64,000 nucleotides of DNA from Octopus vulgaris (taxonomy: Eukaryota), in contig OX597830.1 of the NCBI GenBank assembly GCA_951406725.2, positions 74,648,001 through 74,712,000 on the forward strand, written 5' to 3'. Both the position numbers and the translations under genes were made by a program. Positions 15,792 through 30,140 of this stretch are shown here, piece by piece. The notes under the pieces are model-generated. The model had not been told where the DNA came from, did not search any database, and worked only from the letters and a program-made list of their open reading frames with translations. Numbering within the stretch: the first letter of the stretch is position 1; each line of letters starts with the position of its first letter.

Positions 15792-16016
15792 GTATATATA
15801 TATATATATATATACATATACATACGTAGATATGAAAACTTACAAATATGCATATATACATGCTTATGCATGTGTGTGTGTATAGATAAATAGATTGATT
15901 GATTGACAGAGAGAAAGAGACACATATATATATTAATATCAATATATATATGCATACATATGATATGTGCTCGCACATATACACACACACTTATATATAT
16001 ATATTTAAATATATGC

Positions 16017-16056
<40 letters not shown>

Positions 16057-16227
16057 GCATATATTTAAATATATATATATATACATACAAATATATATAT
16101 ATGAATGTAGGTATGTATGTATATATATATATCTACATATATGTATATATACACGCATATATATACATGGTTATTATCTATCTATTTATCTATCTATCAA
16201 TATATGTATATATATATTCTTACATAA

Positions 16228-16269
<42 letters not shown>

Positions 16270-16414
16270 TCATCAATGTATATGCAGATATATATTTTTA
16301 TATGTATACATACCTACATATACATGCATAAACGCACGTAGACATTCACACATATATGTATGTAAATATATGTGTGTACATAAACATAGGTTGTCACTCA
16401 TACGCATATATATA

Positions 16415-16482
<68 letters not shown>

Positions 16483-16878
16483 CACTTCACACATAGATTG
16501 AGTATAAATAATCATTGAGGAAGCTTAAAATTGACTGATTAATCTACAAAATATGACAAATAACTCTCATTCAAATACCACCTTAGTTATAAGATCAGTG
16601 ATTGGATTACTATTTAACTTATGTTATATCCGTTAATGATTAAAACATAGCGACTGGAACAAAAACAAATTGAGAAAGTTTGTACAGGTGTGAATATTGT
16701 TATGCAAACAAAATTAAACATTGTTAGAATCCAGTTACACACACATACACACATATATATGTATATACATTTAAATATATATACATATATATACATACAT
16801 ATATACATATATATATGTATATGTATATATATTATATGCATACATATATATACATGCACACATATATATGTATATATG

Positions 16879-16910
<32 letters not shown>

Positions 16911-16967
16911 TATAGTTATATATGCATTTATGTATATATATTATATGCATACATATCTATATAGAAG

Positions 16968-17045
<78 letters not shown>

Positions 17046-17279
17046 TACATACACACATATATATATATATATACATACATGCATACATACAAACATATAC
17101 ATGCATATAAGTAAATATATGTATATATCTATGTATGTATATGTGTGCATGTATGTATGTATATGTGTATCAGATATCATTGTTATAATCGATCATTTGA
17201 CCCCAGTAATTATATTTTGTGCCTGATACTTATTCGATCGCTCCCGTTTGACGAACAGCTAGATGTTTTCGGTAGAATT

Positions 17280-17560
17280 TTATAGATGAATTCAGTTCAA
17301 GATTACATCCTACAATATAATCCACTTACAACAGGTGTCATACCACCTGTTTGATACTCCGTTGAAATTTCACCTGAAGATGGTGTGTTGTAAGTTATGA
17401 TGTAATATATGAATTCATGAATACCATCCTACCAAAACATTTGTCACAAAATTTAAACCACAATTGTGTTCATTTTTGTACCTAGGCAGCTTCTACAAAC
17501 ATACCCGAGGGAAATATACAGTTTAAATTCGATTTAATACTATATATAATATCCTATAAA
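17280..17560 (+). mobile_element. Possible Penelope-like remnant with decayed hammerhead
   Basis: CTGAAGA-TGGT (from 17374)...ACC-AAAAC-ATTT-GTC (17431-17445); the GAAAC core appears mutated to AAAAC. Confidence 0.35.
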
Positions 17561-17793
17561 CGCTAGATACTTTTATGTTTGCTTTACCTCACTGTGAACG
17601 TCATGTAATTGTACCTAGCCACTGTAGGCGACCTACGTGTAAATGTACCTAGATTTTATAGGATTCTATGACTAATCTCTTACTCTCACTCTTTCTCCTA
17701 ATCTCTTTTTCTCTCCCTCTAGTCACTCATCTCTCTCTCTATGTATGTGTACACACACACACGGACACACACACATACATACAATATATGTAC

Positions 17794-17837
<44 letters not shown>

Positions 17838-17961
17838 ACATATATATATATATATATATGTATACATATATATTTATACATATGTATACATATGTATACA
17901 TATATATATATATATGTATACATATATATATATATGTATATATATGTATATATATATATGT

Positions 17962-18038
<77 letters not shown>

Positions 18039-18225
18039 CATATATATACACACACACACACATACATATATAGCTGGGTTTCTTTCAGTTTCAGTCAACC
18101 AAATCCACTCACAAGACTTTGATCAGCCCGCGGCAACAATAGAAGACACCGGCCCAAGGTATTAATCCAGAAATCATATAGTTGGAAAGCAAACTTCTAT
18201 TCACACACCTACGCCTGCGCTCAAA

Positions 18226-18281
<56 letters not shown>

Positions 18282-18287
18282 TATATG

Positions 18288-18319
<32 letters not shown>

Positions 18320-18458
18320 CGTGCGTGTGTATATATATTTATATATACACACATGTATATGTATGCACATATATGTGTAGTTGTTTGTATATATATTTAT
18401 GAGTGTGAGTGAAATATACATATGCATAGCATAATATATATGTATACTTATATATATG

Positions 18459-18500
<42 letters not shown>

Positions 18501-18674
18501 AATATATATATATGCATATATATATATATTTGTCTCTGTGTATGGTGTGTATATGTATACATAAAATATACAATACTCAGCAACATCTCAATTACTGCAA
18601 TAATATGCTTGCATAAGCAAATATATATATACATATATATATGCACACATGGTTTATACACAACTCACTCACAG

Positions 18675-18709
<35 letters not shown>

Positions 18710-18995
18710 TACATATACATATTTAACGTGATGCTTTTTAATGGAGTAAAGTGTAGGTAATTGTACAATCATTAGGTTAGAAAATAATTGTACTTTATTT
18801 TATTCTGACATACAGGTACTTATATACAGGTATGCATGGATAAGTACATATACGATACACATACCTACACTTGATTTATACCTGCTTATGTGTGTATAGC
18901 TGTCATTCATACATTCCGTTTGTCTAGCTATGTGGCTCAGTTCTTCATGTGCGTCTATGTGTATATATACATACCTACAAGTATACATACATATG

Positions 18996-19049
<54 letters not shown>

Positions 19050-19083
19050 CGTGTGTGTGTCTATGTATACATTTATATATATA

Positions 19084-19115
<32 letters not shown>

Positions 19116-19694
19116 ATGTTTATACTTTTATTAATATATAAATGTATATACATAATTATACGCCTATATACATACAAATAAGTATGTTTTATATACATAT
19201 ATATATGCATATACGTATATATATATATATATATATATAATAAATATCATATATACAAACCCTATATATACATTTATATATATATATATATATATACCGT
19301 ATGTACATACCTATATATATATATATATATATATGTATAATATTTATGTAGAGATAAATAAGCGGGCGTATAGTGTGTGTGTGTGTGTGTGCGTGCGTGT
19401 GTGCACAGCGTGTGTGCGTGCGTGTGTGCACAGCGTGTGTGCGTGCATGTGCAGCGTGTGTACTCCTATATATATGCGTGTGTGCAGTACAAAATCAAAC
19501 GCACTCATACCCAGGCAAATATTTCCACAATTTCCTACATAGTTCTGTGTACGTGTGTGCTGCACTGGAAGAGTTTTTGGTAATGCCGCAGGCATAGAAT
19601 GTAAAATAATGCAATACATAAATTCAGCGATTCACGGGCTCACACACTTCATGCATGCAATAATTAAGAAACCTTTGGAAAGTGAAGTATGTAT

Positions 19695-19725
<31 letters not shown>

Positions 19726-19735
19726 CACATATGTG

Positions 19736-19825
<90 letters not shown>

Positions 19826-20093
19826 CAAACACACACAACACACACACACACATATATTTATATCATATATATATATACATATATATATATGTACATATAT
19901 ATGCATAAAATATATATATATATTTTTTTTTTTCTCTCAAAACTGTCTGATGAACGGCAACGAGAAACTCAGAGTAACAGATTTTGTTGAATTTTCTGCT
20001 GCTTTAAATAAAGTATATATATATATATATATATATATGTGTATATATTTGTGTGTGTGTGTATATATATATATATATACATGTATATATATG

Positions 20094-20158
<65 letters not shown>

Positions 20159-20210
20159 GTGTGTGTGTGTGTGTGTTGTGTGTGTTTGTATATATATATA
20201 TATATACATA

Positions 20211-20649
20211 GGCGCAGCGGTGGGTGTCTGGCAAGTAGCTTGTTTCCCAACCACATTGCCCCGGGTTCGGTCCCATTGCTTGGCACCCAGGTCAAGTGTC
20301 TTCTAGTGTCCAAAGCTTTGTATTGGCAGATGGAAAATGAAAGAACCCTTCGTATGCTCACACATGTGTGCGTGTGTGTCCGCGCGTCTTTATGACTGTG
20401 CTTGACAACCGAAGCTGGTGTGTAACTTAGTGGTTCGGCTACAGCTACCGATGAAGTCTGGCGTAACATAGTAAATTCCATTGTCTCGACCACGGTCGAA
20501 CAATGATGATGATGACAGCTACCGATAGAATAAGTACTTGGCATATAAGGAATAAGTTCCGAGGTTGATTTCTTCGACTCTAAAACCCTTTAAGGCAGTG
20601 CTCCAGCGTGGTTGGAGCCAAATCACCGAAATATGTAAATGAATAAAGG

Positions 20650-20650
<1 letters not shown>
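20211..20650 (+). mobile_element. SINE family A carrying a nested RTE tail
   Basis: Head at 20211; the body is interrupted at 20453-20514. Confidence 0.75.
20453..20514 (+). mobile_element. 62-bp extremely 5'-truncated RTE insertion
   Basis: Nearly identical to 4074-4135, with a (TGA)n tail and 12-bp TSD ACAGCTACCGAT at 20441-20452 and 20515-20526. Confidence 0.85.
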
Positions 20651-20683
<33 letters not shown>

Positions 20684-21759
20684 TTACATGAACATATGTA
20701 TACACACACATATATAAGAATGTATGTATGTATTTCTATTCTGATCAAACTTTATTTTGCTCATTAACGATGCTGAGGTGTATGCATGTTAATGTGGAAC
20801 GGATAATGTGTCATTTATGATTAAGGACATTCCAGTTGTGACCGCCCCCTGACAGGCATAGTTGTGTAGTTATGAAGTTTGCTTCTTCACCACTTGAAAT
20901 TGGGTGGTATCTTGGACAAGAATCTTTTGCTATTATCCCAGGCCGACCAAAAGCCTTGCCAATGGCTTTGGCAATTGGAAAATGAAAGACGTTTCTCGTA
21001 TATACACTTGTGTGTGTGTGTATGTATTTCCCCACTTGACACTATGTGTTGTCATGTTGTCATTTTAACATCACATGAAACTTAGCGGTTCGACAAAATC
21101 CTCCTACAGGATAACACCCAGATTTGCAAAATAACACTTAGCTCGGCCTGTTCACCTGAATCCTTCCGAGCCCAAATAAATGATAAAAGAAAAGACCCAT
21201 GTACTGTTTTATGTTATATATGTAGGAAGGAATACAATTTTACATCTATGTTTACATTTTGAAGTCGGAACTTACTATTTGAAGAAGTGATGGCTTCTTG
21301 TAGTAGGATCAACTCCAATAGAATTCTGAAGAACAGGTCACTACTTGGGGTGTATGTGTGGATAAGTAGTTCTGGGGTTGTTTGTCTGGTCGTGAGCATA
21401 TGTTGATCATGAATGCGCATTCGTATCAATCTAGGAGTTATATAAACATTTATGGATAATATACGCCATGTCAATATTTAACCACACACACACACTTCCT
21501 CACACACATATATACACATGTCCCTCTCTCTATATATATACATATATGTATGTACACATGTATTTATATGTGTGAGAGTATATAAATGTGTGTGTGCATG
21601 TATGTTTACGTACATATGTATTTATATTTATATATATACGCTTGTATTTGTGTGTGTATATACATATAGAAATAAATAAATAATTATATATATATATATA
21701 AATAACCCCACTATTTACTGATTTATATATATATATATATATATATGCACACACACACA

Positions 21760-21820
<61 letters not shown>

Positions 21821-22910
21821 GCACATACATTGAACTATGTGTGTCTGTATGTATTACATATCAATCACGCATTCCGAAGCATCAGAACAGTTTAATACCT
21901 TTTATGTATTTTTCGTTCTAATGCAAATAGAATATATAAATTTTTTATTCCCATATTTATTCGTGTGTGTGTGTGTTTCTAACCCTTGCATTACATGATT
22001 ACATGTGATACACAGGATATATTTCCCTGACATCCATGCATCCTATATGGTACACATTCCCAATTATCTTCCCTTAACCATCAGTGTAACGCTGGACTTA
22101 TGACTGGAACACTTAATATTACTGAGAAATTAAGGCAAAACTTTTAAAAATCTGAAAGCAAGAATGGACATTCAGGACAAACGTTTGAAAATGCTTTGTG
22201 CGTGTGCCTCTGTGAACATGGTTTGCTAACGTAGTTTCTTTAAAGCTAGCTTGTATATTGTGACGAATAGCTTCTAATAGTATTTAAAAGCCTATAGACG
22301 ATGAAGATAGTTGGCCGATTGGTTAGAGACAGAATTCTTCGGCATATTTGTTCCGAGTCATTACACTCCAAGTTCAATACACACGGAGACCAACTTTTGC
22401 GCTTCAGCCTGTCTTATTTGATAAGTGATTACCAATCCATGGCAACAGATTGGCAAAATTCTAAGATCTTCTGATCAGATTCCTGGTGTTGTTCATCCCG
22501 GATTTTGTCGTTCTGAGTTCAATTCCTGCCAAGGCCTAGACGGATGTTATATTTAATTCGTCACCAGATTTAATACCACCGTTTATCATCAACGGTGCCT
22601 TTAGCAGAGTCCATTCTGTTGCCTGTAATCGAGCCAGGTTACCAATATGAAGATATTTTCTTCCCGCCCCGCGCTTTGATATCAGAGTGCCCTGTAATAA
22701 GTACTGCTTCGTGACTAAACGATGTAAAATGTGTAAACGCTGTCGGTAAAGATTCTAGGATCTCAAAACTTCAAGAATAGTCTAGAATCGAAATGATTCT
22801 ACCATTTTACTTAATTTTGTCGACATCGGCATCAATTGAAATAAACACTAAACACTACAAGACATTTTTACCACCTCTCCAATGATGCTGCTAACTCATT
22901 GATACGTATA

Positions 22911-23165
22911 CTCTTTTTATTCTTTTCCTTGTTTCAGTCATTTGACTGCGGCCATGCTGGAGCACCGCCTTTGGTCGAGCAAATCGACACCAGGACTTAT
23001 TCTTTGTAAGCTTAGTACTTATTCTATCGGTTTCTTTTGCCGAACAGCTATGTTACGGCGACGTAAACACATCAGCATCGGTTGTCAAGCGATGTTGGTG
23101 GGACAAACACAGACACACCAACATATACACACATATTCATACACACACATTCATACACACACATT

Positions 23166-23233
<68 letters not shown>

Positions 23234-23399
23234 CATATATAGGACGTGCTTCTTTTAGTTTCCGTCTACCAAATCCACTCACAATGTCGGCCCGAGGCTA
23301 TAGTAGAAGACACCTGCCCAAGGTGCCACGCAGTGGGAATGAACTCAGAACCATGTGGTTGGGAATCAAGCTACTTACCACAGAGCCACTCCTGCACCT
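22911..23399 (-). mobile_element. SINE family A, near full length
   Basis: Tail, body, (CA)n/(TA)n and head in the order seen in other copies. Confidence 0.85.
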
Positions 23400-23579
23400 A
23401 TAGATTCCAAATATTGGGATGGGTGAGAATCGATTAGTTTGAATTCAGTACTTAAATGTTAATGTAATTGTCTCCCAAAGTACAAAAGCCACCTGCCAAA
23501 TCCCTCTTGTACCACTGCCTACAGGCTAATACAAAGGCACGTTGACCAAGGTGGTCGTAAGCTCCCCATCACAAAGAAT

Positions 23580-24395
23580 ATTCTTTTCTACTCTAGGTAT
23601 AGGGCTCGAACTTTTTGGTGGGAGAGGGCCAGTCGATTAGATCGACACCAGTATGCAACTGGAACTTAATTTATCGACCCCAAAGGATGAAGGGCAATGT
23701 CGACCTCGGAGGAATTTGAATTCAGAATGTAAAGACACACGAAATACCTATTTCTTTACTTCCCACAAGGGGCTAAACAGAGAGGGAACAAACAAGGACA
23801 GTCAAACGGATTAAGTCGATTACATCGAAACCAGTGCGTAATCGACCCCGAAAGGATGAAAGGCAAAGTCGACCTCGGCAGAATTTGAACTCGGAACGTA
23901 AAGAAGGGCGAAATACTACTAAGCATTTCGCCCGGCGTGCAAACATTTCTGCTAGCTCGCCGCCTTTCATCGCAAAGAATATTGTAAGGATGGTCACAGC
24001 GGGAATGGTTTTGATATGTCTGTCCAGTTATGGCTGATCGGGAGCTAAAGGATCATCACCAAGAAGAACAGCAAGAACCGCCATTTTTTATAATATCTTG
24101 TTCCTATACAGACTAGCAGTAATTTTTTTTGGCGGGGTGGGGGAGGCAGAGGGGCGCGGGAAGAAATGTCGATTAAATCGAACTCAGTGCTTTACTGGTA
24201 CTTAGATATCGAGTCCCAAATAATGATTTCAAATTCTAGAACAAAGCTAATAATTTCACGGGAATTGGGTAAGGTAATTACATCGATCCCATTGTTCAGC
24301 TGTTACTTACTTTATCGATCCCGAAAGGATGAAAGGCAAAGTCGACCTCGGTGTTATTTCAACTCTACGAAATACTGCACTGCATTTTGCTCGAT
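23580..24395 (-). mobile_element. Cluster of SINE family B copies
   Basis: Recurrent CCCGAAAGGATGAAAGGCAAAGTCGACCTCGG-like motif at about 23680, 23850 and 24320. Confidence 0.8.
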
Positions 24396-24401
24396 GCATT
24401 A

Positions 24402-24794
24402 TCTCTTTTACTTGTTTCAGTCATTTGACTGCGGCCATGCTGGAGCACCACCTTTAATCGAGCAAACTCGTCCCCGGGACTTATTCTTTGTAAGCCTAGT
24501 ACTTATTCTATCGGTCTCTTTTGCCGAACCGCTAAGTTACGGGGACGTAAACACACCAGCATCGGTTGTCAAGCAATGCTAGGGTAGCAAACACAGACAC
24601 ACAAACACACACATGCATATGTATACATATATACGACGGGCTTCTTTCAGTTTCCGTCTACCAAATCCACTCACAAGGCTTTGGTCGGCCCGAGGCTACA
24701 GTAGAAGATACTTGCCCAAGGTGCCACGCAGTGGGACTGAACCCGGAACCATGTGGTTGGTAAACAAGCTACTTACCACACAGCCACTCCTGCG
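24402..24794 (-). mobile_element. SINE family A, best-preserved copy (about 390 bp)
   Basis: Minus strand shows A box TGGCTGTGTGG, B box GGTTCAGTCCC, CORE-like ACCTTGGGCAAGT, a short central microsatellite, body, and tail ...ATGACTGAAACAAGTAAAAGAG. Confidence 0.9.
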
Positions 24795-24934
24795 ATGTTC
24801 TCAATTTTCTACAAATGTTATGAATGGGACGACTAATACTCTACTATGAATGTGTTTTTCTTTAATTACTTATTCCTAATTCTAACCTAATTAGCATTTT
24901 AGTGAAAGAAAAACCAAGTAATCCTCAACTTAAA

Positions 24935-26085
24935 TAATCCTTTCTGCAATAGGTACAGTCTTGAAATTTTAGGGGAGGGGACTACTCGATTACATCGACC
25001 CAAGTGCTTAACTGGTACTTAATTTTTCGACCCCGAAATGATGAAAGACAAATTTGACGCCGGCGCAACTTGAACTCAGAACGTGTAGGTGGACGAAATG
25101 TCGGTAAGCAGTTTTTTCGTCGTGCTGACGATTCTGCCAGCTCACCGCCTTCCTCAGCTCAGATAATAACAAGAGCACTCAGACAGTGCAAACCTTCGCC
25201 AAGACAACACTAATGTCCTCTCAACGTTAAGCCAGAGATGATTTTTAAAAGGAGAATATCTGAAATAAACTCGATTGCTCTCAACAAACATTAAGTAAAA
25301 AAAAAGAAAAATAATCTGATTCCTTGTCTGGTACCAGATCGATCCCCAAATCTAATCAGTTCGTGCCAGATATTAGGCCGAACATCCCTGAAAGTTTCAT
25401 CCGAATCTATCCACCGATTCTTGAGATATCTTGTCCACAGACAAACAAACAAACGATGCCCACGCCTTAGCGAAGGCGGAGATAATAATGGTTAATAATT
25501 TAGGTACCAGGTCAGCAATTTTGAAGAGTTAAACGATACTATTGACCTTAGTACTTGACTAGTGCTTTATCTTATCGACAGGACAAGTAACATTGGCAGG
25601 ACAAGAATTCAAGACATCAAGGGCTGAAACAACACTGCTAAGCAAGTGTTATCGACACTTTACCACTTCAACCAGCTCGCTGCCTTATAATAATGGCTCC
25701 TGATTTACGTAAAAAGTCAGCAAATTTGAAAAGATGGGATTAGTAAATTATATTCATTCCAGGCTTTATTCGTCGTGTATATGATTGTTTCCAAAATGAT
25801 GAGGTCAAAGTTGACCTCGGCGAGACTTGATCTCAAAACGTAAAAAACAAGAAGAAATGCCACGAGTTCCTATTAAATGCCATTGCTATGGTAAGTTGGT
25901 GGAATCATTAGGGCGTCAGATGAAATTCTTAACAGCATTTCTGCCGAATCATTAATTACCGAACTGAAATTCCATTGAGATTAATATAGCCTTTCACCCT
26001 TTCGGGTCCGATAATTTAAGAGATGGGGCCGACTTAACCCCTTCCCTCAAAATTTCTGGCTTTGTGCCCTAGTTAGAAAGAATTA
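24935..26085. mobile_element. Array of diverged SINE family B copies (mostly minus, last one plus), interrupted by a Helentron-type element
   Basis: Repeated ATCGACCCC...ACTGGTACTTA and CAGCTCGCCGCCTT-like motifs. Confidence 0.65.
25168..25486. mobile_element. Non-autonomous Helentron/Helitron-type (HINE-like) element
   Basis: Subterminal inverted repeats CCTTCGCCAAG (25193-25203) and CTTAGCGAAGG (25466-25476), terminal hairpin CGCCTT-AGCG-AAGGCG (25463-25478), and a (CAAA)n tract. Family assignment is from recalled architecture. Confidence 0.55.
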
Positions 26086-26091
26086 TTTTTC

Positions 26092-26850
26092 TGGATAGGG
26101 CATAGACCAAGGTAGGACACCTAGCAATTAGTAGAGCCAGGCTTTTAGCAGGCCCTCATCTCTTTCAGTCAGATAATGGGTTCGGTAAAAATCCAACTTT
26201 GGCGTTCTATGGACGTTTAGATGAGGTTTAGTTGAGGGTATGAGAGCCGACATTCTCGTTGACACTGGGGCCGGGGCCCAAGGATAAATTTAAGAAATCT
26301 CTGACTTGGTAGTGCTACGTCGAGTGGGGAATTGCTGGTTCGAGATAAACTGAAGGAGCATGGAAGTGCCACCAGTCAGACCAGTTCCTGGTGCACGCAG
26401 AGTGTCGAAACTATTTTGCACGCACCTGTTCAGTACCCAAGCATAACTGACCTGTAGGCTTAAGTCAAACACCAAAACGGATCCAGTAATCGTCTGAGTC
26501 CATTGTGATGATCATCTCACCACCATTATTTGGTCCGAAAACACAGGCAGTGTTTACCGGCCTGGTGACCTTGGCGAAAGCGGTTTTGTAGTGGAACAGA
26601 TTGAAAACTTTGAAGACAGACACCATGCTCTAGCCAAGCCAAGCCAGCAATCAACGTTTTCAGGATGTGTGGTGGAAAGGGAAGAGCTGCCTCCCAGCAA
26701 TTTTTTTCAAAGGGCAAGAATGCCCCAACCAAACAATGCGCGTAGAGATTGCAAGAGCAGGATGAGGAGAGGTCAGGATTGTAGTAGAGGTCAGGCTCAC
26801 ATGGTTTTTTAAGGTTTCCATAGGCAACCTAAGAAGTTTCCTCTCTAATG
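26092..26850 (+). mobile_element. Decayed L1/Tx1-like LINE ORF2 3' region
   Basis: GC-richer block. The frame from 26332 reads LLVRDKLKEHGSATSQTSSWCTQSVETILHAPVQYP, a decayed CxxC...ETxxHxxxxC knuckle. Multiple stops. Confidence 0.65.
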
Positions 26851-26914
26851 GGAATTATTCTTGCTTGAATATTTTGATTTTTTTTTTAAACTAATAAAAA
26901 TTAAAATATTAATT

Positions 26915-27490
<576 letters not shown>

Positions 27491-27744
27491 ATATAATTTT
27501 ATTATTGCCACAACCTGGTTGACAAAACAATAAAGGAACAAAATACAAAAAAAAATTTGCGGGGCTTACAGAGAAATGGAATGGAAACAGGAGAAAAAAA
27601 AAAGAAAGAAAATAAAAATATTGGAATTTCAGCCCTGCAAAAGACAAAAAAATTCGAGACAAAAAATTGGAAAGTCAAATAGATATTTTTTCTGTGACTG
27701 TATCATCATCCTTATTCAAAACTGATTGCACAAAATGTGTATAT

Positions 27745-28102
27745 TTTACTCTTTTACTCTTTTTATTTGTTTCAGTCATTTCACTGCGGCCATGCTAGAG
27801 CACCGCCTTTAGTCGAACAAATCCAAGAACTTAATCTTTGTAAGCCTAGTACTTATTTTATCGGTCTCTATTGCCGAACCGTTAAGTTACAGGAGGGGGA
27901 CAAATACAGAAACGCAAACATATACATACATACATACATACATATATACGACGGGCTTCTTTCAGTTTCTACCAAATCCACTCACAAGGCTTTGGTCAGC
28001 CCGAGGGTATAGCAGAAGACCCAAGGTGCTACGCAGTGGGACTGAACCAAGAACCATGTAGTTGGTAAGCAAGCTACTTACCACAAAGTCACTCCTGCGC
28101 CT
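27745..28102 (-). mobile_element. SINE family A with internal deletions
   Basis: Tail through head ACTCCTGCGCC. Confidence 0.8.
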
Positions 28103-28449
28103 ATATGTGTATATAAGTATACATGTGTATACATATTTGTATATATGTGTGCATGAGCGCTATGTACTGGTATATATATATATATATCACTTAATCCTTA
28201 TGATATTTATACATCTATATATATTTGCAGATACACATGTGCGTGTATGTGTATGCATGTGCGAGTATATATGTGTGTATATATATATATATATATGTGT
28301 GTATGTGTGTGTGTGTGTGTGTGCGTATGTGTGTATGTTTATATTTATGTGTGTATACACACACACACACACACATATATATTTGTTTATGTGTGTGCAT
28401 GTAAGCATGTGGATGTGTGTGTGTGTGTCTGTGTGTATGTGTGATTATA

Positions 28450-28835
28450 AGTGCCAGTGTGGCTGTGTTGTAAGAAGTTTACTTCCCAACCACATGATTC
28501 CAGGTTCAATCCCAATGAGTGGCAATTCGCGTAAGTACCTTCTACGACAGCCTAGGGCCGAATATAACGTTGTGAGTGAATTTGTTTAACTGTAACTCAA
28601 AGAAGATTGCCATGTGTGTGTGTATGTTTGTGTGTATGTATGTGTCTTTTTTGTCAGTGTTGCCCTCCGCCCCTCGTTTGACGACCGCTGTTTGTATGTT
28701 CATGTCCCCTTAAATTAACGGTTTGGCAAAAGGAACTGATTGAATAAATACCAAACTTAAGTCAGACGTACTGGGATCGATCCATTCGAATAACAATTCT
28801 CCGAGGTGGTGTCCTAGCATGGCCGCAGTCTAAAA
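28450..28835 (+). mobile_element. Diverged SINE family A
   Basis: GTGGCTGTGTTGTAAGAAG...GGTTCAATCCC head; tail GCATGGCCGCAGTC. Confidence 0.7.
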
Positions 28836-29332
28836 TGATGTATAGTAATATGTCTTTCGTTGCTGTTGGTATCCATGTTGTCGTTGCTACCTCACCCTGG
28901 GTCAGTAACATATGAGGACACTTGGTCATCAAAAGGGTTCCATCCCCAATTGTTATCCCATCATTTCTTCGGCCATTTCATAACTAAGAATTTCTTATGC
29001 AACTCGTTCCTTAGTTTGTAGGGTCCCAGGTGCGGATTTGGCGTGGATGTTTGGGGTTGATGAATCAGTTGTCAGGTCAGTTCACATGGTACAAACCCAT
29101 TCAAAAAAGTATTCCAAGTAGATCTTGTATCTTTCATTATATCCATCGTTAATCTGCGGCCACGCTGGAGCAACGCATCGAAGAATTTTCAGTCGAATGA
29201 ATAAAACCCAGTACTTTTGTTCTTTTTTTAAGCCTGGTACATATTCTGTAATCTCTTTTGCTGAGCCGCTAGGTTACAGGGACGTAAATCTACCATTACA
29301 GATTCTGTAGTAGTGTTCATACACGCACATGC

Positions 29333-29375
<43 letters not shown>

Positions 29376-29422
29376 TGCACACACAAAAACACACAAACAC
29401 GCACACACGCTTGCACGCACAC

Positions 29423-29644
29423 ACGAGTGGGTGCTGAAAAGTTCCTGGCTTTCAGGGTATCACGAAAGACCAGGCTGGAGGCCCAAATTTACGAGTTCCT
29501 TCACAGGGTTGTAAAAACTGAAGAAACGCTGCATTAAGTGTGTGAATCTGAGAGGGGAATATAATGTATAAAATTATAACTGACTGAACCTCCTGTAAGT
29601 TCTTTTACCCAAAGCCAGGAACTTTTCAACACCCCACCCCCGTA
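29423..29644 (+). mobile_element. Internally deleted mariner (MITE-sized)
   Basis: TIRs GGTGCTGAAAAGTTCCTGGCTTT and AAAGCCAGGAACTTTTCAACACC, ending CG-TA. Internal remnant KLKKRCIKCVNLRGEY resembles the mariner C-terminal KCxxxxGxY. Confidence 0.8.
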
Positions 29645-29672
29645 TGTGTGTGTGAATCCATCTCTCTCTCTC

Positions 29673-29721
<49 letters not shown>

Positions 29722-29722
29722 T

Positions 29723-29884
29723 GGCGAACGAGTGGCTTTGTGGTAAGTAGCTTGCTTACCAACCACATGGTTCTGGGTTCAGTCCCACACCACGGGACCG
29801 TGCGCAAGTGTCTTCTACTATAGCCTTAAGTCATCCAAAGGCTTGTGAGTGGATTTGATAGACGAAAACGGAGAGAAACCTGTC

Positions 29885-29950
<66 letters not shown>

Positions 29951-30140
29951 GTATATGTAGTTGTTTGTGTGTCTGTGTTTGTCCCCCCCAACATCTCTTG
30001 ACAACCGATGCTGATGTGTTTAAGAGACCGATAAAATTAGTACTAGGTTTACAAAGAATAAATTCTGGGGTCGATTTTTTCGACTAAAGGCCGTGCTCCA
30101 GCATGGCCTCAGTCAAATGACTGAAACGAATAAAAATAAT
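29723..30140 (+). mobile_element. SINE family A, last near-complete copy before the Hox promoter
   Basis: Head, (TA)n, body and tail. Confidence 0.85.

Noticed and set aside
15894-15912. TGATTGACAG Pbx-Meis decamer
   Set aside because: It arises at a (GATT)/(GA) microsatellite junction.
22942-24849. Recurrent peptides such as [22 protein letters not shown] and FDCGHAGAP
   Set aside because: Translations of SINE copies, not a gene family.
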